From the NCBI GenBank assembly GCA_963753975.1, contig CAVWEH010000002.1:128001-192000 (forward strand): a stretch of 64,000 nucleotides of DNA. Direction: 5' to 3'. The stretch's first letter is position 1; every line of letters begins with the position of its first letter. This document shows, piece by piece, positions 51,299 through 63,965 of this stretch. Under the pieces are notes generated by a model. It saw only the letters and a list, made by a program, of their open reading frames with translations, did no database searches and was not told where the DNA came from. This DNA comes from an uncultured delta proteobacterium (GTDB lineage: Bacteria > Desulfobacterota > Syntrophia > Syntrophales > Smithellaceae). The position numbers were made by a program, and so were the translations under genes.

Positions 51299-51894
51299 AG
51301 GCTTATAAAAATTGTGTATTTTTATTGTTGATCTTGATCCTTGTTTTTTCCGGATGTTCTTCGAAATCAACAAATGTTTTGAAATCTGAATATGAAAAAA
51401 ATTGGATAAAAGTTATCGCTGTTCTCCCTGTGGAAAATAAAACTAAAGACAATAAAGCTCCCCAGTTATTGAGATCTAAATTGCTTGAGCAACTTTATTT
51501 TAAGGGTTACTCCAAACTTCCACTGGCTACAATTGATCAAAAGCTGGAATCGTTATATAGTAGTGACAAAAAAGGGAACGCAGGCATAATCGCACCGCAA
51601 GTTTTGAAAGATTTGGTTGGTGCTGATGCTGTAATGTATTGTACGTTATTGGAAAGCAGTAGCTCAATGGGGTTTTTTTATGCGCCATTGACAATCTCTC
51701 TTTCCTGTGAATTACGCAGAGCGGAGAGTGGTGAAGTTCTTTGGAAGGACAAATATAAATCAACGGATAGAAATTTCGATTTTACCAGCAAAAATCTGGA
51801 GATGAAATCCTCTGAAAGCTACGAGTCTGTCATTGAGGAAGTAGTCAATAAAATCATAGAAACTCTTCCTGATGGCCCCAACTTGCGTGGCTGA
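51295..51894 (+). CDS. DUF799/GNA1162-like lipoprotein
   Basis: Lipobox 'FSG-C'; 'IAVLPVEN', 'GADAVMY', 'GEVLW', 'LPDGP'. Confidence 0.75.
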   Translation: MKAYKNCVFLLLILILVFSGCSSKSTNVLKSEYEKNWIKVIAVLPVENKTKDNKAPQLLRSKLLEQLYFKGYSKLPLATIDQKLESLYSSDKKGNAGIIAPQVLKDLVGADAVMYCTLLESSSSMGFFYAPLTISLSCELRRAESGEVLWKDKYKSTDRNFDFTSKNLEMKSSESYESVIEEVVNKIIETLPDGPNLRG

Positions 51895-51945
51895 AAAATT
51901 TTGTTAAATTTTAGACAGGAACTAAAAATCAATGGATATGCGCTT

Positions 51946-52104
51946 ATGAAAAAATTTTTAAAATCATTTTGTGTATCCCCGCAAGAAATCATGATAAAAG
52001 TGGACGTCTATGCGGAAAATCCGAAGGAATTTACCGCAGAGGAAGATAGCCATGACTGGGTGGCCTGGAATAAAGCACGAGAAAAAAATATTAAGAATGA
52101 ATAG
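51946..52104 (+). CDS. Small hypothetical protein
   Basis: Fills the gap between co-oriented genes; no recognised motif. Confidence 0.4.
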   Translation: MKKFLKSFCVSPQEIMIKVDVYAENPKEFTAEEDSHDWVAWNKAREKNIKNE

Positions 52105-52119
52105 AGAGTCAGGTTGGTG

Positions 52120-52659
52120 ATGAATATACCAAATTTTTTATCATTATCACGGATTATTCTTGTTCCTGTAATAGTAATATTTTTGATACAAGAGTCATAC
52201 ACTAAAGCTCTGATTACTTTTACAGTCGCAGGCTTAACTGATATTTTTGATGGCACCCTGGCTCGCATCTTAAATCGACAAACCAAACTTGGTTCTTTTT
52301 TAGATCCTATTGCCGACAAAATACTGCTGGCGACAAGCTTTGTCACATTGTCTGTTTTTGGTTTAATTCCCGGTTGGCTTACCGTAATAGTTATCAGCAG
52401 AGACTTTATAATACTACTCGGTATAGTCATCTTGTCAATGATGTCGATAACATATGAAATTAAACCGGCATTTATCAGCAAGGTTACAACTGCCCTGCAA
52501 CTTGCCACTATTTTTTTCGCCCTGCTTTTTAAAGCAGTTATTCATGATATCAGTTTTAATTGGATTATAATTCTTTGCTGGTTAACCGCAATTTGTACTA
52601 TTGCTTCCGGATTGACTTATATAATTCGGGGAATAAAATACATTAACCGTGCCGCTTAA
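52120..52659 (+). CDS. CDP-alcohol phosphatidyltransferase (PgsA-like)
   Basis: 'NIPNFLSLSR', 'DIFDGTLAR-x7-GSFLDPIADK'. Confidence 0.93.
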   Translation: MNIPNFLSLSRIILVPVIVIFLIQESYTKALITFTVAGLTDIFDGTLARILNRQTKLGSFLDPIADKILLATSFVTLSVFGLIPGWLTVIVISRDFIILLGIVILSMMSITYEIKPAFISKVTTALQLATIFFALLFKAVIHDISFNWIIILCWLTAICTIASGLTYIIRGIKYINRAA

Positions 52660-52741
52660 AAGTGCTAATATATAAGATATTTGCTTGACACTATAACTAT
52701 TTACTGCTAGTAGCTCCAAACTCTGGAGTTGGGTTATATAT

Positions 52742-52816
52742 AGGCACGTAGCTCAGGGGGAGAGCGCCATCCTGACGCGGTGGATGTCCAGGGTTCAAAT
52801 CCCTGCGTGCCTACCA
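52742..52816 (+). tRNA. tRNA-Val(GAC)
   Basis: Acceptor AGGCACG/CGTGCCT, anticodon arm CCATC-CTGACGC-GGTGG, T-loop GTTCAAAT, encoded CCA. Confidence 0.96.
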
Positions 52817-52856
52817 TTTTTAAGTTAAAGTAATATGATATGATAAGTGCCAATAC

Positions 52857-52888
52857 AAAGGGCATCAACGAAATGCTGATGCCCTTTT
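52857..52888 (+). terminator. Hairpin between tRNA-Val and thrS
   Basis: AAAGGGCATCA...TGATGCCCTTTT. Confidence 0.65.
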
Positions 52889-52935
52889 AAAATAGTGCTT
52901 AATATTAATAGTGAGTTCATCAGTAATTTAATTTT

Positions 52936-54849
52936 ATGAATATAAAAATTATTTTCCCCGATAAAAAAGAAGCAGCTATTAAGCCGGGCATTACCGCCAT
53001 GGAAACTGTCTCTCAATGGCAAAAAAAAGCTTTGGATTCTGCTGTCGCGATTAAAGTCAACGGAATAGCCGTGGATTTAAGCTATATTTTGAGAGAAGAC
53101 TCAAGAATTTCTTTAATTGATATTTCTTCGCCCGAGGGATTATCTATTTTACGTCACAGTACTGCTCATGTAATGGCTCAGGCTGTTCAAGACATCTTTG
53201 CGGGAGCCAAGGTATCCATCGGTCCTTCTATTGAAGATGGTTTTTATTATGATTTTGAATATAGAGAACCGTTTACTGCAGATGATTTTGCTAAAATTGA
53301 GAAGCGCATGAGGGAAATTATCGCCTCTGATTATCCGTTTATTCGTGAGGAGATTTCCCGTGCCGCCGCCGTAAAATTATTCGCAAAAAAAGGCGAGAAT
53401 TATAAAGTGGAATTAGTTAATGATTTGCCGGCGGATGTAAAAATTGTAAGCGTTTATAATCAAGGTGATTATATTGATTTATGCCGGGGACCGCACATTC
53501 CGTCGACAGGCAAAATTAAGGCTTTCAAACTTTTGAGCGTTGCCGGAGCTTACTGGCGGGGCGATGAAAAAAACAAAATGCTGCAACGCATTTATGGAAC
53601 AGGTTTTGCCGACGAAAGGTCTCTTGATGAATATCTAAAATTACTGGAAGAAGCAAAAAAAAGGGACCATCGCCGCCTAGGCAAGGAACTTGACCTTTTC
53701 CAAATTAATGAAGAAGTCGGTCCCGGATTAATTATTTTTCATCCCAACGGGATGATGTTGCGTTACATTATCGAGGAATGGGAAAGAAAAGAACATCTGA
53801 AACGCGGTTATGAAATGGTCATGGGGCCGCAAATTCTCAAGGTTGAACTTTGGAAGAAATCGGGGCATTTTGATCATTATCGCGACAATATGTACTTTAC
53901 CGAAGTGGATGAGCAGGCTTATGGGATTAAGCCCATGAATTGCCTTGCGCATATGCTGATTTATAAATCTAAAATTCGCAGTTATCGCGATTTGCCCCTG
54001 CGCTATTTCGAGTTAGGTACGGTTCATCGGCACGAGAAGACGGGGGTTTTGCACGGCCTGATGCGGGTGAGACAATTTACCCAGGATGATGCGCATATCC
54101 TTTGCACGCCCGAACAGCTTAATTCCGAAATTCGTGCTATTGCCGATTTTGTCAATTATGCCATGGGCATTTTCGGTTTTGAATATGAAGTCGAATTAAG
54201 CACCAGACCGGAGGATTCTATCGGCTCGGATCGGGATTGGGAACTGGCAACGACAGCGCTGGAAAATGCTCTTCGGGATAATAAAACAAATTATATGGTG
54301 AATGAAGGCGATGGTGCTTTTTATGGACCTAAGATTGATTTTAAATTAAAAGATGCCTTGAAAAGAAAGTGGCAGTGTGCGACAATCCAATGTGATTTCA
54401 CGCTGCCGGAAAGATTCGATTTAAATTATATAGGAGCAGATGGAGAAAGACATCGGCCGGTTATGCTGCACCGGGTTATCCTTGGTGCGGTGGAACGGTT
54501 TATGGGTGTGCTCATCGAACATTATGCCGGAGCATTTCCAGTTTGGTTATCACCGATACAAAGTGTTTTGTTGACCGTTACGGACAGGCATATACCTTAC
54601 GCTGAAAAAGTTTACGGTGAATTAGTCGCGGCTGGTATTCGTTGTGAAAAATCTTTGGAAAATGAAAAATTAGGGTACAAAATTCGTCAGGCGCAAATGC
54701 AAAAAATACCATTTATGTTGGTTATTGGCGATAAAGAGGTAGAAGCAAATACAATTTCTCCACGTGCGCGTGACGGCCAAAATTTAGGATCGCTGTCAGT
54801 AAAAGAATTTATTGCTCTTGTGCAGGAAATGTGTGAAAAGAAAAAATAA
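52936..54849 (+). CDS. thrS: Threonine--tRNA ligase
   Basis: TGS domain, 'RHSTAH', 'DLCRGPH', 'KPMNC', 'GAFYGPKID'. Confidence 0.98.
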   Translation: MNIKIIFPDKKEAAIKPGITAMETVSQWQKKALDSAVAIKVNGIAVDLSYILREDSRISLIDISSPEGLSILRHSTAHVMAQAVQDIFAGAKVSIGPSIEDGFYYDFEYREPFTADDFAKIEKRMREIIASDYPFIREEISRAAAVKLFAKKGENYKVELVNDLPADVKIVSVYNQGDYIDLCRGPHIPSTGKIKAFKLLSVAGAYWRGDEKNKMLQRIYGTGFADERSLDEYLKLLEEAKKRDHRRLGKELDLFQINEEVGPGLIIFHPNGMMLRYIIEEWERKEHLKRGYEMVMGPQILKVELWKKSGHFDHYRDNMYFTEVDEQAYGIKPMNCLAHMLIYKSKIRSYRDLPLRYFELGTVHRHEKTGVLHGLMRVRQFTQDDAHILCTPEQLNSEIRAIADFVNYAMGIFGFEYEVELSTRPEDSIGSDRDWELATTALENALRDNKTNYMVNEGDGAFYGPKIDFKLKDALKRKWQCATIQCDFTLPERFDLNYIGADGERHRPVMLHRVILGAVERFMGVLIEHYAGAFPVWLSPIQSVLLTVTDRHIPYAEKVYGELVAAGIRCEKSLENEKLGYKIRQAQMQKIPFMLVIGDKEVEANTISPRARDGQNLGSLSVKEFIALVQEMCEKKK

Positions 54850-54889
54850 TACTTATTTTTTAGAGATTATTTGTTGCGGGAGGTGACGT

Positions 54890-55399
54890 ATAGTTAAAGA
54901 TTTACGAATCAACAGGGAAATCAAGTCGGCCACGGTTCGGGTAATAGCTGAAGAGGCTAAGCAGTTGGGAGTAATAACGTTGGAAGAAGCACTAGCCTAT
55001 GCGGAAAAAGCTGGTTTGGATTTAGTGGAAGTATCGCCTACTGCAGAACCGCCGGTGTGCAAGATAATGGATTATGGTAAATATCGTTACAAGCAAAGCA
55101 AGAAATTGCACGATGCCAGAAAAAGTCAGACCGTTATTCATGTTAAAGAGATTAGATTAAGACCAAAAACGGAAGAGCATGATGTGCAGGTTAAAGTTAA
55201 ACATATAAAAAAGTTTCTGGAGAACCACGATAAGGTAAAAATATCGATGATGTTTAGAGGGCGGGAAATCGCTTTCACCGAGATAGGCCGAAAACTTATG
55301 GAAGAAATAAAAAGCCAGTTGGCTGATGACAGCATGATTGACCAGGAGCCGCGGCTGGAAGGACGAAATATGGTAATGATTGTTTCCCCCAAAAAATAA
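54890..55399 (+). CDS. infC: Translation initiation factor IF-3 (non-canonical ATA start)
   Basis: SD GGAGGT, then ATA GTT AAA GAT TTA CGA ATC AAC (x-VKDLRINREI) in frame with 'LDLVEVSP...CKIMDYGK'. Confidence 0.95.
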   Translation: MVKDLRINREIKSATVRVIAEEAKQLGVITLEEALAYAEKAGLDLVEVSPTAEPPVCKIMDYGKYRYKQSKKLHDARKSQTVIHVKEIRLRPKTEEHDVQVKVKHIKKFLENHDKVKISMMFRGREIAFTEIGRKLMEEIKSQLADDSMIDQEPRLEGRNMVMIVSPKK

Positions 55400-55427
55400 T
55401 AAAAAAAGTTGAAATAGAGGAGATTAA

Positions 55428-55625
55428 ATGCCAAAAATAAAAACACACAGAGGAGCCGCCAAACGCTTTTCGTTTACAGCCAAAGGCAAGATTAAACGTA
55501 GTAAGGCCTTTGCCAGCCATATTCTTACGAAAAAGACGACTAAGAGAAAAAGAGGTTTAAGAAGAAGCACTTTAGTTGATTCAGCAAACTTCAAAGAAAT
55601 TAAAAAACTTATTCCTTATTTGTAA
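55428..55625 (+). CDS. rpmI: 50S ribosomal protein L35
   Basis: '[14 protein letters not shown]'. Confidence 0.98.
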   Translation: MPKIKTHRGAAKRFSFTAKGKIKRSKAFASHILTKKTTKRKRGLRRSTLVDSANFKEIKKLIPYL

Positions 55626-55671
55626 GCAAAAGGGATTATAATATTCTTTAGTAATCAGGAGAGAAAAGGAA

Positions 55672-56031
55672 ATGTCCAGAGTAAAAAGGGGCATCACCGC
55701 CCGTAAAAAAAGAAGAAAGATTTTAAAGCTGGCCAAAGGTTTTTTTGGCGCACGCAGCCGTCTGATCAGAACAGCCACTGAAGCCGTAAATAAAGCGATG
55801 AAATACGCTTATCGCGATCGCCGCTCAAGAAAAAGGGAATTTCGCCAATTATGGATTGCCCGTATTAATGCCGCGGCCCGTCTCAATAATATATCTTACA
55901 GCCGGTTGGTTGACGGGATGAAGAAATCCGGCATTGAATTGGATCGTAAAATACTGGCGGAACTAGCTGTCAATGATCCGCAGGGTTTCGCCCAAATTGT
56001 TTTAATGGCCAAAGGCGAGCAGGCGGCATGA
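55672..56031 (+). CDS. rplT: 50S ribosomal protein L20
   Basis: 'MSRVKRG', '[12 protein letters not shown]'. Confidence 0.98.
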   Translation: MSRVKRGITARKKRRKILKLAKGFFGARSRLIRTATEAVNKAMKYAYRDRRSRKREFRQLWIARINAAARLNNISYSRLVDGMKKSGIELDRKILAELAVNDPQGFAQIVLMAKGEQAA

Positions 56032-57044
56032 TCGGCAATCTTCGCGAGTTGGAGAATAGCGCTCTTGCCGAATTAGAGGCGGCAACAACGGAAGATGAGA
56101 TTTCAGCTGTTAGAACAAGATACTTGGGCCGTAAAGGACTTTTGACCGGCCTTTTACGTAACATTGCCCAGGTGCCTGATAACGAAAAGCCTTTATTCGG
56201 AAAGCGCTGCAATGAGCTGAAAGATCGGCTCAATACGAAGATTGAAGAAGCACTCCGGAACAAATCCCAGTTGCACAAAGAAAACATTTTATTAAAGGAA
56301 AAAATCGACGTTACGTTGCCGGGAAGGTCTGTTCGTTACGGCAGAATCCACCCTGTAATTCAAATCCGCCGGGAAATTTGTGCCATCTTTACTTCATTTG
56401 GTTTTTCCGTGGTCGAAGGACCGGAAGTTGAGCTGGATTATTATAATTTCGAAGCCCTCAATATTCCTAAAGATCACCCCGCCAGGGACATGCAGGACAC
56501 TTTTTATATCGAAGAAAATATAGTTCTACGCACTCATACATCGCCGGTTCAGGTACGGATAATGGAGACGGTTCAGCCGCCGATCAGGATTTTATCACCA
56601 GGAAGAGTTTACCGGCGCGATTCCGATGTTTCCCACACCCCCATGTTCCATCAAATTGAAGGATTAATGGTGGATAAAGGCATCCGTTTTAGCGATCTGA
56701 AAGGAATCCTGACTGCGTTTCTGCGGAAAATTTTCGGTAAAGATACAATTTTGAGATTCCGACCCAGTTTTTTCCCCTTTACAGAACCGTCGGCCGAAGT
56801 TGATATTTGTTGCGTAATGTGTCAAGGACGCGGCTGTCGTGTTTGCGGACAGAGCGGCTGGCTGGAAATTCTGGGTTCGGGCATGGTTGATCCCGCGGTT
56901 TTCCAGAATGTCGGTTATGACTCCGAAAAATATACGGGCTTTGCTTTCGGGCTTGGTCTGGAACGAATGGCGATGCTGAAGTTCGGCATCTCCGATATTC
57001 GCTTATTTTTTGAAAACGATTTTCGATTCCTTAAACAATTTTAG
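56028..57044 (+). CDS. pheS: Phenylalanine--tRNA ligase alpha subunit
   Basis: '[10 protein letters not shown]', 'FPFTEPSAE', '[10 protein letters not shown]'. Confidence 0.98.
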   Translation: MIGNLRELENSALAELEAATTEDEISAVRTRYLGRKGLLTGLLRNIAQVPDNEKPLFGKRCNELKDRLNTKIEEALRNKSQLHKENILLKEKIDVTLPGRSVRYGRIHPVIQIRREICAIFTSFGFSVVEGPEVELDYYNFEALNIPKDHPARDMQDTFYIEENIVLRTHTSPVQVRIMETVQPPIRILSPGRVYRRDSDVSHTPMFHQIEGLMVDKGIRFSDLKGILTAFLRKIFGKDTILRFRPSFFPFTEPSAEVDICCVMCQGRGCRVCGQSGWLEILGSGMVDPAVFQNVGYDSEKYTGFAFGLGLERMAMLKFGISDIRLFFENDFRFLKQF

Positions 57045-57058
57045 GAGAGATTTGCTTT

Positions 57059-59473
57059 ATGCTGGTCAGCCTCAAATGGCTTAAAGATTACGTTGATATT
57101 GATCTCACGGCTTTGGAACTGGCTGATAAATTGACGATGACCGGGTTGGAAGTGGAGGAGATCAAAACCATTCTTCCGCAATTTAGCGGCGTTGTCGTTT
57201 CCCGGATTTTGTCGGTAAAACCCCATCCGAATGCGGATAAGCTATCCCTTTGTGAAGTGAGTGACGGTAGACATAATTATCCCGTAGTTTGCGGCGCTAA
57301 AAACATAAAGTCCGGCGATATTGTTCCTCTGGCGAAAGTTGGAGCGGTAATTCCCGGTGACTATACAATCAAGTCATCCATTTTACGCGGACAGAAATCA
57401 GAAGGCATGCTTTGTTCGGAGGCCGAACTGGAAATCGGCGACGATGCTTCCGGGATCATGCATTTGCCTCAAGATTTATCGCCTGGTTTGCCTTTAGAGA
57501 GGGCTCTAAGCATAGGTGACACCGTTTTTAATGTAAGTGTGACGCCCAATCGTTCTGATTGCTTAAGCATGATCGGCATGGCGCGAGAAGTGGCCGCCAT
57601 TACCGGTAAAAAAATAAAACTGCCGTTCGTGAAAGTTAAAGAATTCTCCGAAGATATCCGTAAATTAACTTCAGTCAAAATCATTGATGCCGACCTTTGT
57701 CCGCGGTACACGGCCAGGATGCTCAAAAATGTAAAAATCGGTACATCGCCTGTCTGGCTGAAGACCAGGCTCGAGGCGGCAGGATTGCGTGCCATCAATA
57801 ATGTCGTCGATGTCACTAATTTTGTCATGTTGGAGATGGGACAGCCGCTGCATGCTTTTGATTTTCGCTTCCTGGAAAAAGGAAAGATCGTTGTCCGCAA
57901 ATCCAAAGAAAATGAAGAATTTATTTCACTCGATGGAAAAAGCCGGAAACTTTCCGCGGGCACTTTACTGATCTGTGACGGTTTAAAGCCCGTCGCCATC
58001 GGCGGTATTATGGGCGGCCAAAACTCGGAGGTAAAGGAAGATACTCAGACAATCTTGCTGGAAAGTGCCTATTTTAATCCTGTTTCCATCCGCCGATCGT
58101 CGCGCAAACTGTCTATGTCCACCGATGCGTCTTTTCGCTTCGAAAGGGGCATTGATCCGGAGGGAGTGGTGAGAGCACTGAACCGCGCGGCGCAACTCAT
58201 TGCAGATCTTTCCGGCGGAATTATTTGTAAAAATTACATCGATGAATATCCACGAAAAGTTCCTCCTATTAAAAACATTACCTTGCGTATTGACCGAATC
58301 CGGGAGGTAATCGGCATGTCGATCGGATCAAAAGAGGTTGTTCGGATATTACGCAGTATCGGCATGCTTGTAAAACAAGTTGACAAGGGAAAGTATGCTG
58401 TTAAACCTCCGACATTTAGAATCGATATAACCAGAGAAATCGACCTGATCGAAGAAGTCATCAGGCTTCATGGCTATGATAGTGTCCCGGCAACCATGCC
58501 TAATGCCGCGCTTACGGAAACGAACGTTATCCCCCGCTTGGATCTGGAAGAAAGAATCAGAGAATTACTTAACGGCAGCGGGTATTCTGAAATAATCAAT
58601 TACAGTTTCGGCAATCCCACATTTGCCGACCATCTTTTATTATCGGAAAATGATGAAAGGCGCAGTTTGGTGCGGATAAAAAATCCGCTCACGGAAGATC
58701 AATCCGCTATGCGTTCGACGCTGGTTTATGGACTGCTTCAGACGTGGAAAAATAACGCCAATAACGGCTCTGATGATTTAAGGTTATTTGAAATAGGCAG
58801 AATATTTATTCGGCGCAAAACAGGCAAGCTTCCTTATGAAAAAAACATGCTGGCCGGACTTTTGGCGGGCAATATTAGCGATGATTTATGGGGTTCTAAA
58901 GAAAGTGCGGATTTCTTTGACCTGAAAGGCTGTCTCGAAAATATATTTTTCGATTTAAAATTAAAAAATTATCAGTACCGCTCGGCAAATACTGAGCCAT
59001 TCTTGCATCCCGGTAAATCTTGTGCTGTTTATTTAGATGACCTGCCTTTGGGTTATTTAGGCTTTGTGCACCCGAAAATCCTGGAAAAGATGGATATAAA
59101 AAATAATGCCTATATATTTGAAATTAATCTGGATATTTTAGTTAAACGCTGGGGGCAGAGTATCTTATTTAAAGAAATATCGAAATTTCCGGCAGTGACA
59201 CGTGATGTCGCTTTTGTTATTCCCGCGGCATTGGAAGCGGATCAGATGCTGAATATTGTTTGGAATCAATATGAAGATTTGCTTGAAAATGTTGTAATTT
59301 TTGATATATATCAAGGGAAAGAAATACCGGAAGGAAAGAAAAGTATTGGTTTGAGGTTTTCTTATCGTGCAGCTGACCGGACGCTTACTGATACTGAGAT
59401 AAATAGCGTCCACGAAAGGATTATACGGGACATTCTTAAATTAACGAGTGCGAAAATAAGAGGCGAGCAATAA
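57059..59473 (+). CDS. pheT: Phenylalanine--tRNA ligase beta subunit
   Basis: 'HPNADKL', 'TPNRSDCLS', 'RFERGID', 'DLIEEV', FDX-ACB 'RTLTDTE'. Confidence 0.98.
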   Translation: MLVSLKWLKDYVDIDLTALELADKLTMTGLEVEEIKTILPQFSGVVVSRILSVKPHPNADKLSLCEVSDGRHNYPVVCGAKNIKSGDIVPLAKVGAVIPGDYTIKSSILRGQKSEGMLCSEAELEIGDDASGIMHLPQDLSPGLPLERALSIGDTVFNVSVTPNRSDCLSMIGMAREVAAITGKKIKLPFVKVKEFSEDIRKLTSVKIIDADLCPRYTARMLKNVKIGTSPVWLKTRLEAAGLRAINNVVDVTNFVMLEMGQPLHAFDFRFLEKGKIVVRKSKENEEFISLDGKSRKLSAGTLLICDGLKPVAIGGIMGGQNSEVKEDTQTILLESAYFNPVSIRRSSRKLSMSTDASFRFERGIDPEGVVRALNRAAQLIADLSGGIICKNYIDEYPRKVPPIKNITLRIDRIREVIGMSIGSKEVVRILRSIGMLVKQVDKGKYAVKPPTFRIDITREIDLIEEVIRLHGYDSVPATMPNAALTETNVIPRLDLEERIRELLNGSGYSEIINYSFGNPTFADHLLLSENDERRSLVRIKNPLTEDQSAMRSTLVYGLLQTWKNNANNGSDDLRLFEIGRIFIRRKTGKLPYEKNMLAGLLAGNISDDLWGSKESADFFDLKGCLENIFFDLKLKNYQYRSANTEPFLHPGKSCAVYLDDLPLGYLGFVHPKILEKMDIKNNAYIFEINLDILVKRWGQSILFKEISKFPAVTRDVAFVIPAALEADQMLNIVWNQYEDLLENVVIFDIYQGKEIPEGKKSIGLRFSYRAADRTLTDTEINSVHERIIRDILKLTSAKIRGEQ

Positions 59474-59501
59474 GACGAAGTAAAAAAACGGAGGGAGAAA
59501 A

Positions 59502-59774
59502 ATGACGAAAATCGATATCATCCAAAATGTTTACGAAAAGCTGGGTTTTTCCAAGAAAGATTCGGCGGATATTGTTGAATCTGTGTTTGACCTTATTAAA
59601 GATAAACTCGCGCAAGGTGAAAAGGTGAAGATTTCCGGATTTGGTAACTTCGTGGTAAAAGAAAAAAGGTCTCGCCGCGGCCGCAATCCGCAAACTGGTC
59701 AGGAAATTTCGATTACAGCGCGCAGAGTGTTGACCTTTAAATCATCTCAGGTATTGCGCAAAGCTCTAAATTAA
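59502..59774 (+). CDS. ihfA: Integration host factor alpha
   Basis: 'VKISGFGNF', 'GRNPQTG'; follows pheT. Confidence 0.95.
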   Translation: MTKIDIIQNVYEKLGFSKKDSADIVESVFDLIKDKLAQGEKVKISGFGNFVVKEKRSRRGRNPQTGQEISITARRVLTFKSSQVLRKALN

Positions 59775-59921
59775 TAATAAATAGAATTATTCAACTGCAC
59801 CTACATCTTTAAGTACTTTAAATGCCAATTTTTGGTATAATTTAAAGTTAAGGTATTGTATTTTTTTTATTACTTCTCTGATGTGCAGGGAAATTCGTGG
59901 CCGCAAGGATTCAGGAATTGT

Positions 59922-60260
59922 ATGGAGACAATAATTCCCGACAAGGCTTATTTTCGTATTGGTGAAGTAAGTAAAATCCTCCAAGTAGAACCGTACGTTA
60001 TTAGGTATTGGGAAACTGAATTTAGAACAATCAAGCCTGTGCGCACCCGTACTGCACAACGTTTATACAGAAGAAAGGATGTGCAGGAATTATTGACAAT
60101 CAGAAATTTACTCTATTCGCAGCGTTTTACCATTGACGGTGCTAAAAAACAGCTTTTTAAAATACGCGGAAGCTCTGAGCCGGAAAATATCAACTTGGAG
60201 AAAGAAAAGTTAATTCGAATTAAAGAAGAATTAGAGCAAATAAAAAAGATGATTAGCTAA
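59922..60260 (+). CDS. MerR-family regulator
   Basis: 'YFRIGEVS...YVIRYWETEF'; conserved position after ihfA. Confidence 0.93.
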   Translation: METIIPDKAYFRIGEVSKILQVEPYVIRYWETEFRTIKPVRTRTAQRLYRRKDVQELLTIRNLLYSQRFTIDGAKKQLFKIRGSSEPENINLEKEKLIRIKEELEQIKKMIS

Positions 60261-60289
60261 AAAGCCGGCACTAAGAGCCGGCTTTTTAG
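60257..60289. terminator. Bidirectional intrinsic terminator
   Basis: CTAAAAAGCCGGC-N7-GCCGGCTTTTTAG between convergent genes. Confidence 0.88.
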
Positions 60290-60337
60290 TTTCTGAAAAT
60301 ATTGCAAAAATTCAATGTTTAGAACCACAGCAGGATT

Positions 60338-60622
60338 TTATCCCTTTTTACTGGATCTCTTGGAAGCTTTTAGCGGATTGATTTTTTGTGTTGCTTCTTT
60401 TACTTCCGGCTTTATGTGCGTTGCGGTTGGACATTTTCCACTAATCCACTTGCTTGCCGGATCCGGATAAACAACACAGTATTTGCCGGATTCATAATTA
60501 ATTATCTTGCTGCAATCCTCACACTTATCAATTGTTGTATGACAACTGCCGCCAAAGAAACCGCAACCTTTTTTGCTCATGAAAGCGCAGTCGAGTTCCG
60601 CTTTAACAGTTTGACAAAGCAT
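60338..60622 (-). CDS. PxxKW-family cysteine-rich protein
   Basis: Eight Cys, 'PASKW', 'CPTATH', 'INPLKASKR'. Confidence 0.88.
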   Translation of the reverse strand: MLCQTVKAELDCAFMSKKGCGFFGGSCHTTIDKCEDCSKIINYESGKYCVVYPDPASKWISGKCPTATHIKPEVKEATQKINPLKASKRSSKKG

Positions 60623-60822
60623 TTGAACGATCCTCCTATATGATAAATTATCACTTTTTAAAGACGTTGCGGTAAAAATAAACGATAAATAATTTCCACG
60701 AACGCCATTGACCTTAAAATGGAGGAGTCCTTAGCAACAAAAAAAGTACTTGTCAAGATAAAAGAAATACTTAATCAGAAACCAAAATAAGGTGTGATTA
60801 TTATATTTCCAGCGGATATTTG

Positions 60823-61332
60823 TTAACGATGATGATCTATTATATGGTTATTTGTCTTGTCTTGATATTCTATATAGATATCATCTCTTGGCGGATATAT
60901 AATTATTTTATTGTCAGCTTTCATTTTAACAGCAATGCTTCCCGTAAGCATTGAGTACCAAATACCGATTTGCTTGCCTTTATCGTCGAGAATCGCAAAT
61001 CCTACCTGCTTTTCTAGACAGCAAGACAATAATCTCATTTGCATATTTGTTACAAGTTCACTAAATAATTCCGGTGTAATTTCTATTTTTTTCCACAAGT
61101 CTGTATCCAACGTATAGGCCTTATTCAAGCCTAAAATTGATGTCGGGTAAACATCGGAGCCACTGATATAATAGTTTAATTTGGCATTAATTTGAAACTT
61201 TTCAAAAGCGTTAGTCGCATCGGTATCCGGTCTAATGCTGCCCCAGTTTTTGGACATGAAAACGTTGCAGGCGGCAAGTAATAGAACCGCCGCAAATATG
61301 ATGTAAAAAAGAAATGTTTTATTTTTTTTCAT
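60823..61332 (-). CDS. Hypothetical lipoprotein
   Basis: Lipobox 'LAA-C'; 'YYISGS', 'GKQIGIWYS'. Confidence 0.75.
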   Translation of the reverse strand: MKKNKTFLFYIIFAAVLLLAACNVFMSKNWGSIRPDTDATNAFEKFQINAKLNYYISGSDVYPTSILGLNKAYTLDTDLWKKIEITPELFSELVTNMQMRLLSCCLEKQVGFAILDDKGKQIGIWYSMLTGSIAVKMKADNKIIIYPPRDDIYIEYQDKTNNHIIDHHR

Positions 61333-61567
61333 TTTTCTCCCGCTATCGATATTATAATAAATTCACTTTGTTGGATGTCAAGGAACTAACCACAAATATT
61401 TATGGTTTCAGTGATTATCTGTCAGAACTTCCCGATTTTCTTAACTTCCGCTTATATTTCCTTGCGTGACTCATCATCAAATGGCAGAAATGATTCCGAT
61501 CATAGAAATGACTTGAACACAGAACAATTTGTTGCTAACATACACCGAAATTTAAGCGGGATCTTCC

Positions 61568-62017
61568 ATGCGTGCAGTTATTCAGAGAGTCGACCGTGCC
61601 GGTGTTATAATCAACCATGAAGAGTTTTCCTCGATAAAAGCCGGAATCATTATCTTTTTGGGAATAGAAAAGGAGGATACGAAAACCGGCGCTGATTATA
61701 TTCTAGCCAAATCGATCAATTTACGTATCTTCGAAGATGACGAAGGAAAAATGAATCGTTCATTGCTGGATATTGGCGGTGAGATGTTGGTCGTTTCCCA
61801 GTTTACTCTTTTAGGTGATTGTATCAAGGGCAGACGGCCTTCTTTCGTACGGGCTGAAGAACCTCAAAAAGCCAATGAACTTTACGAATATTTTATTGGG
61901 GAAGCCCAAAAGAAGGTAAAATATTTGGCGACTGGAAGATTTCAAGAGATGATGCGGATTGAACTTGTTAATAACGGCCCGGTGACAATTTTACTCGATA
62001 GCAAAAAGACTTTTTGA
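61568..62017 (+). CDS. dtd: D-aminoacyl-tRNA deacylase
   Basis: 'MRAVIQRV', 'SQFTL', 'NNGPVT'. Confidence 0.97.
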   Translation: MRAVIQRVDRAGVIINHEEFSSIKAGIIIFLGIEKEDTKTGADYILAKSINLRIFEDDEGKMNRSLLDIGGEMLVVSQFTLLGDCIKGRRPSFVRAEEPQKANELYEYFIGEAQKKVKYLATGRFQEMMRIELVNNGPVTILLDSKKTF

Positions 62018-62024
62018 AAAAAAC

Positions 62025-62480
62025 ATGGAAGAATGTGAGATTAAAATCGATAAAGAGGGCACGTGGTACTATCGCGGTGCGCATATGTTTCGTAAAGAAA
62101 TATTATGCATCTTTTTTGAAAATATAAAAATTGACGATTGCGGAAAATACTTAATTGAACTGGGTGAAGAACGATGTTATCTTGAGGTGGAAGATACAGT
62201 TTTTGTTGTTTCCGCTGTTTATAAACTCGGGCTATCGAAGGACAATCGCGATAATATTTATGTTCTATTGACCGATGATTCTTTGGAAATATTGGATTTG
62301 AGCTCTTTACAAATAGGCAAAGATAATGTTCTTTACTGCCGGGTGAAGGAAGGAAAGTTTGCCGCCAGATTTTCCCGTAAAAGTTATTACCAGTTGGCAG
62401 AATATATCGAACAATCGGAAAATGAAGAAATGTTTTTCATCAGATTGAACGGTCAAAAATATTATATTAATAAATATTAA
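62025..62480 (+). CDS. DUF1285-like protein
   Basis: 'IDKEGTWYYRG', 'LEVEDT', 'ARFSRKSYYQL'. Confidence 0.8.
   Translation: MEECEIKIDKEGTWYYRGAHMFRKEILCIFFENIKIDDCGKYLIELGEERCYLEVEDTVFVVSAVYKLGLSKDNRDNIYVLLTDDSLEILDLSSLQIGKDNVLYCRVKEGKFAARFSRKSYYQLAEYIEQSENEEMFFIRLNGQKYYINKY

Positions 62481-63965
<1,485 letters not shown>

Noticed and set aside
52742..52816. tRNA-anchored genomic island or prophage
   Set aside because: No integrase, no duplicated tRNA 3' end noticed, and the tRNA is directly followed by thrS
59856..59921. Upstream extension of the MerR ORF
   Set aside because: Low-complexity and lacks an RBS; ATG 59922 follows AGGA and matches the family start
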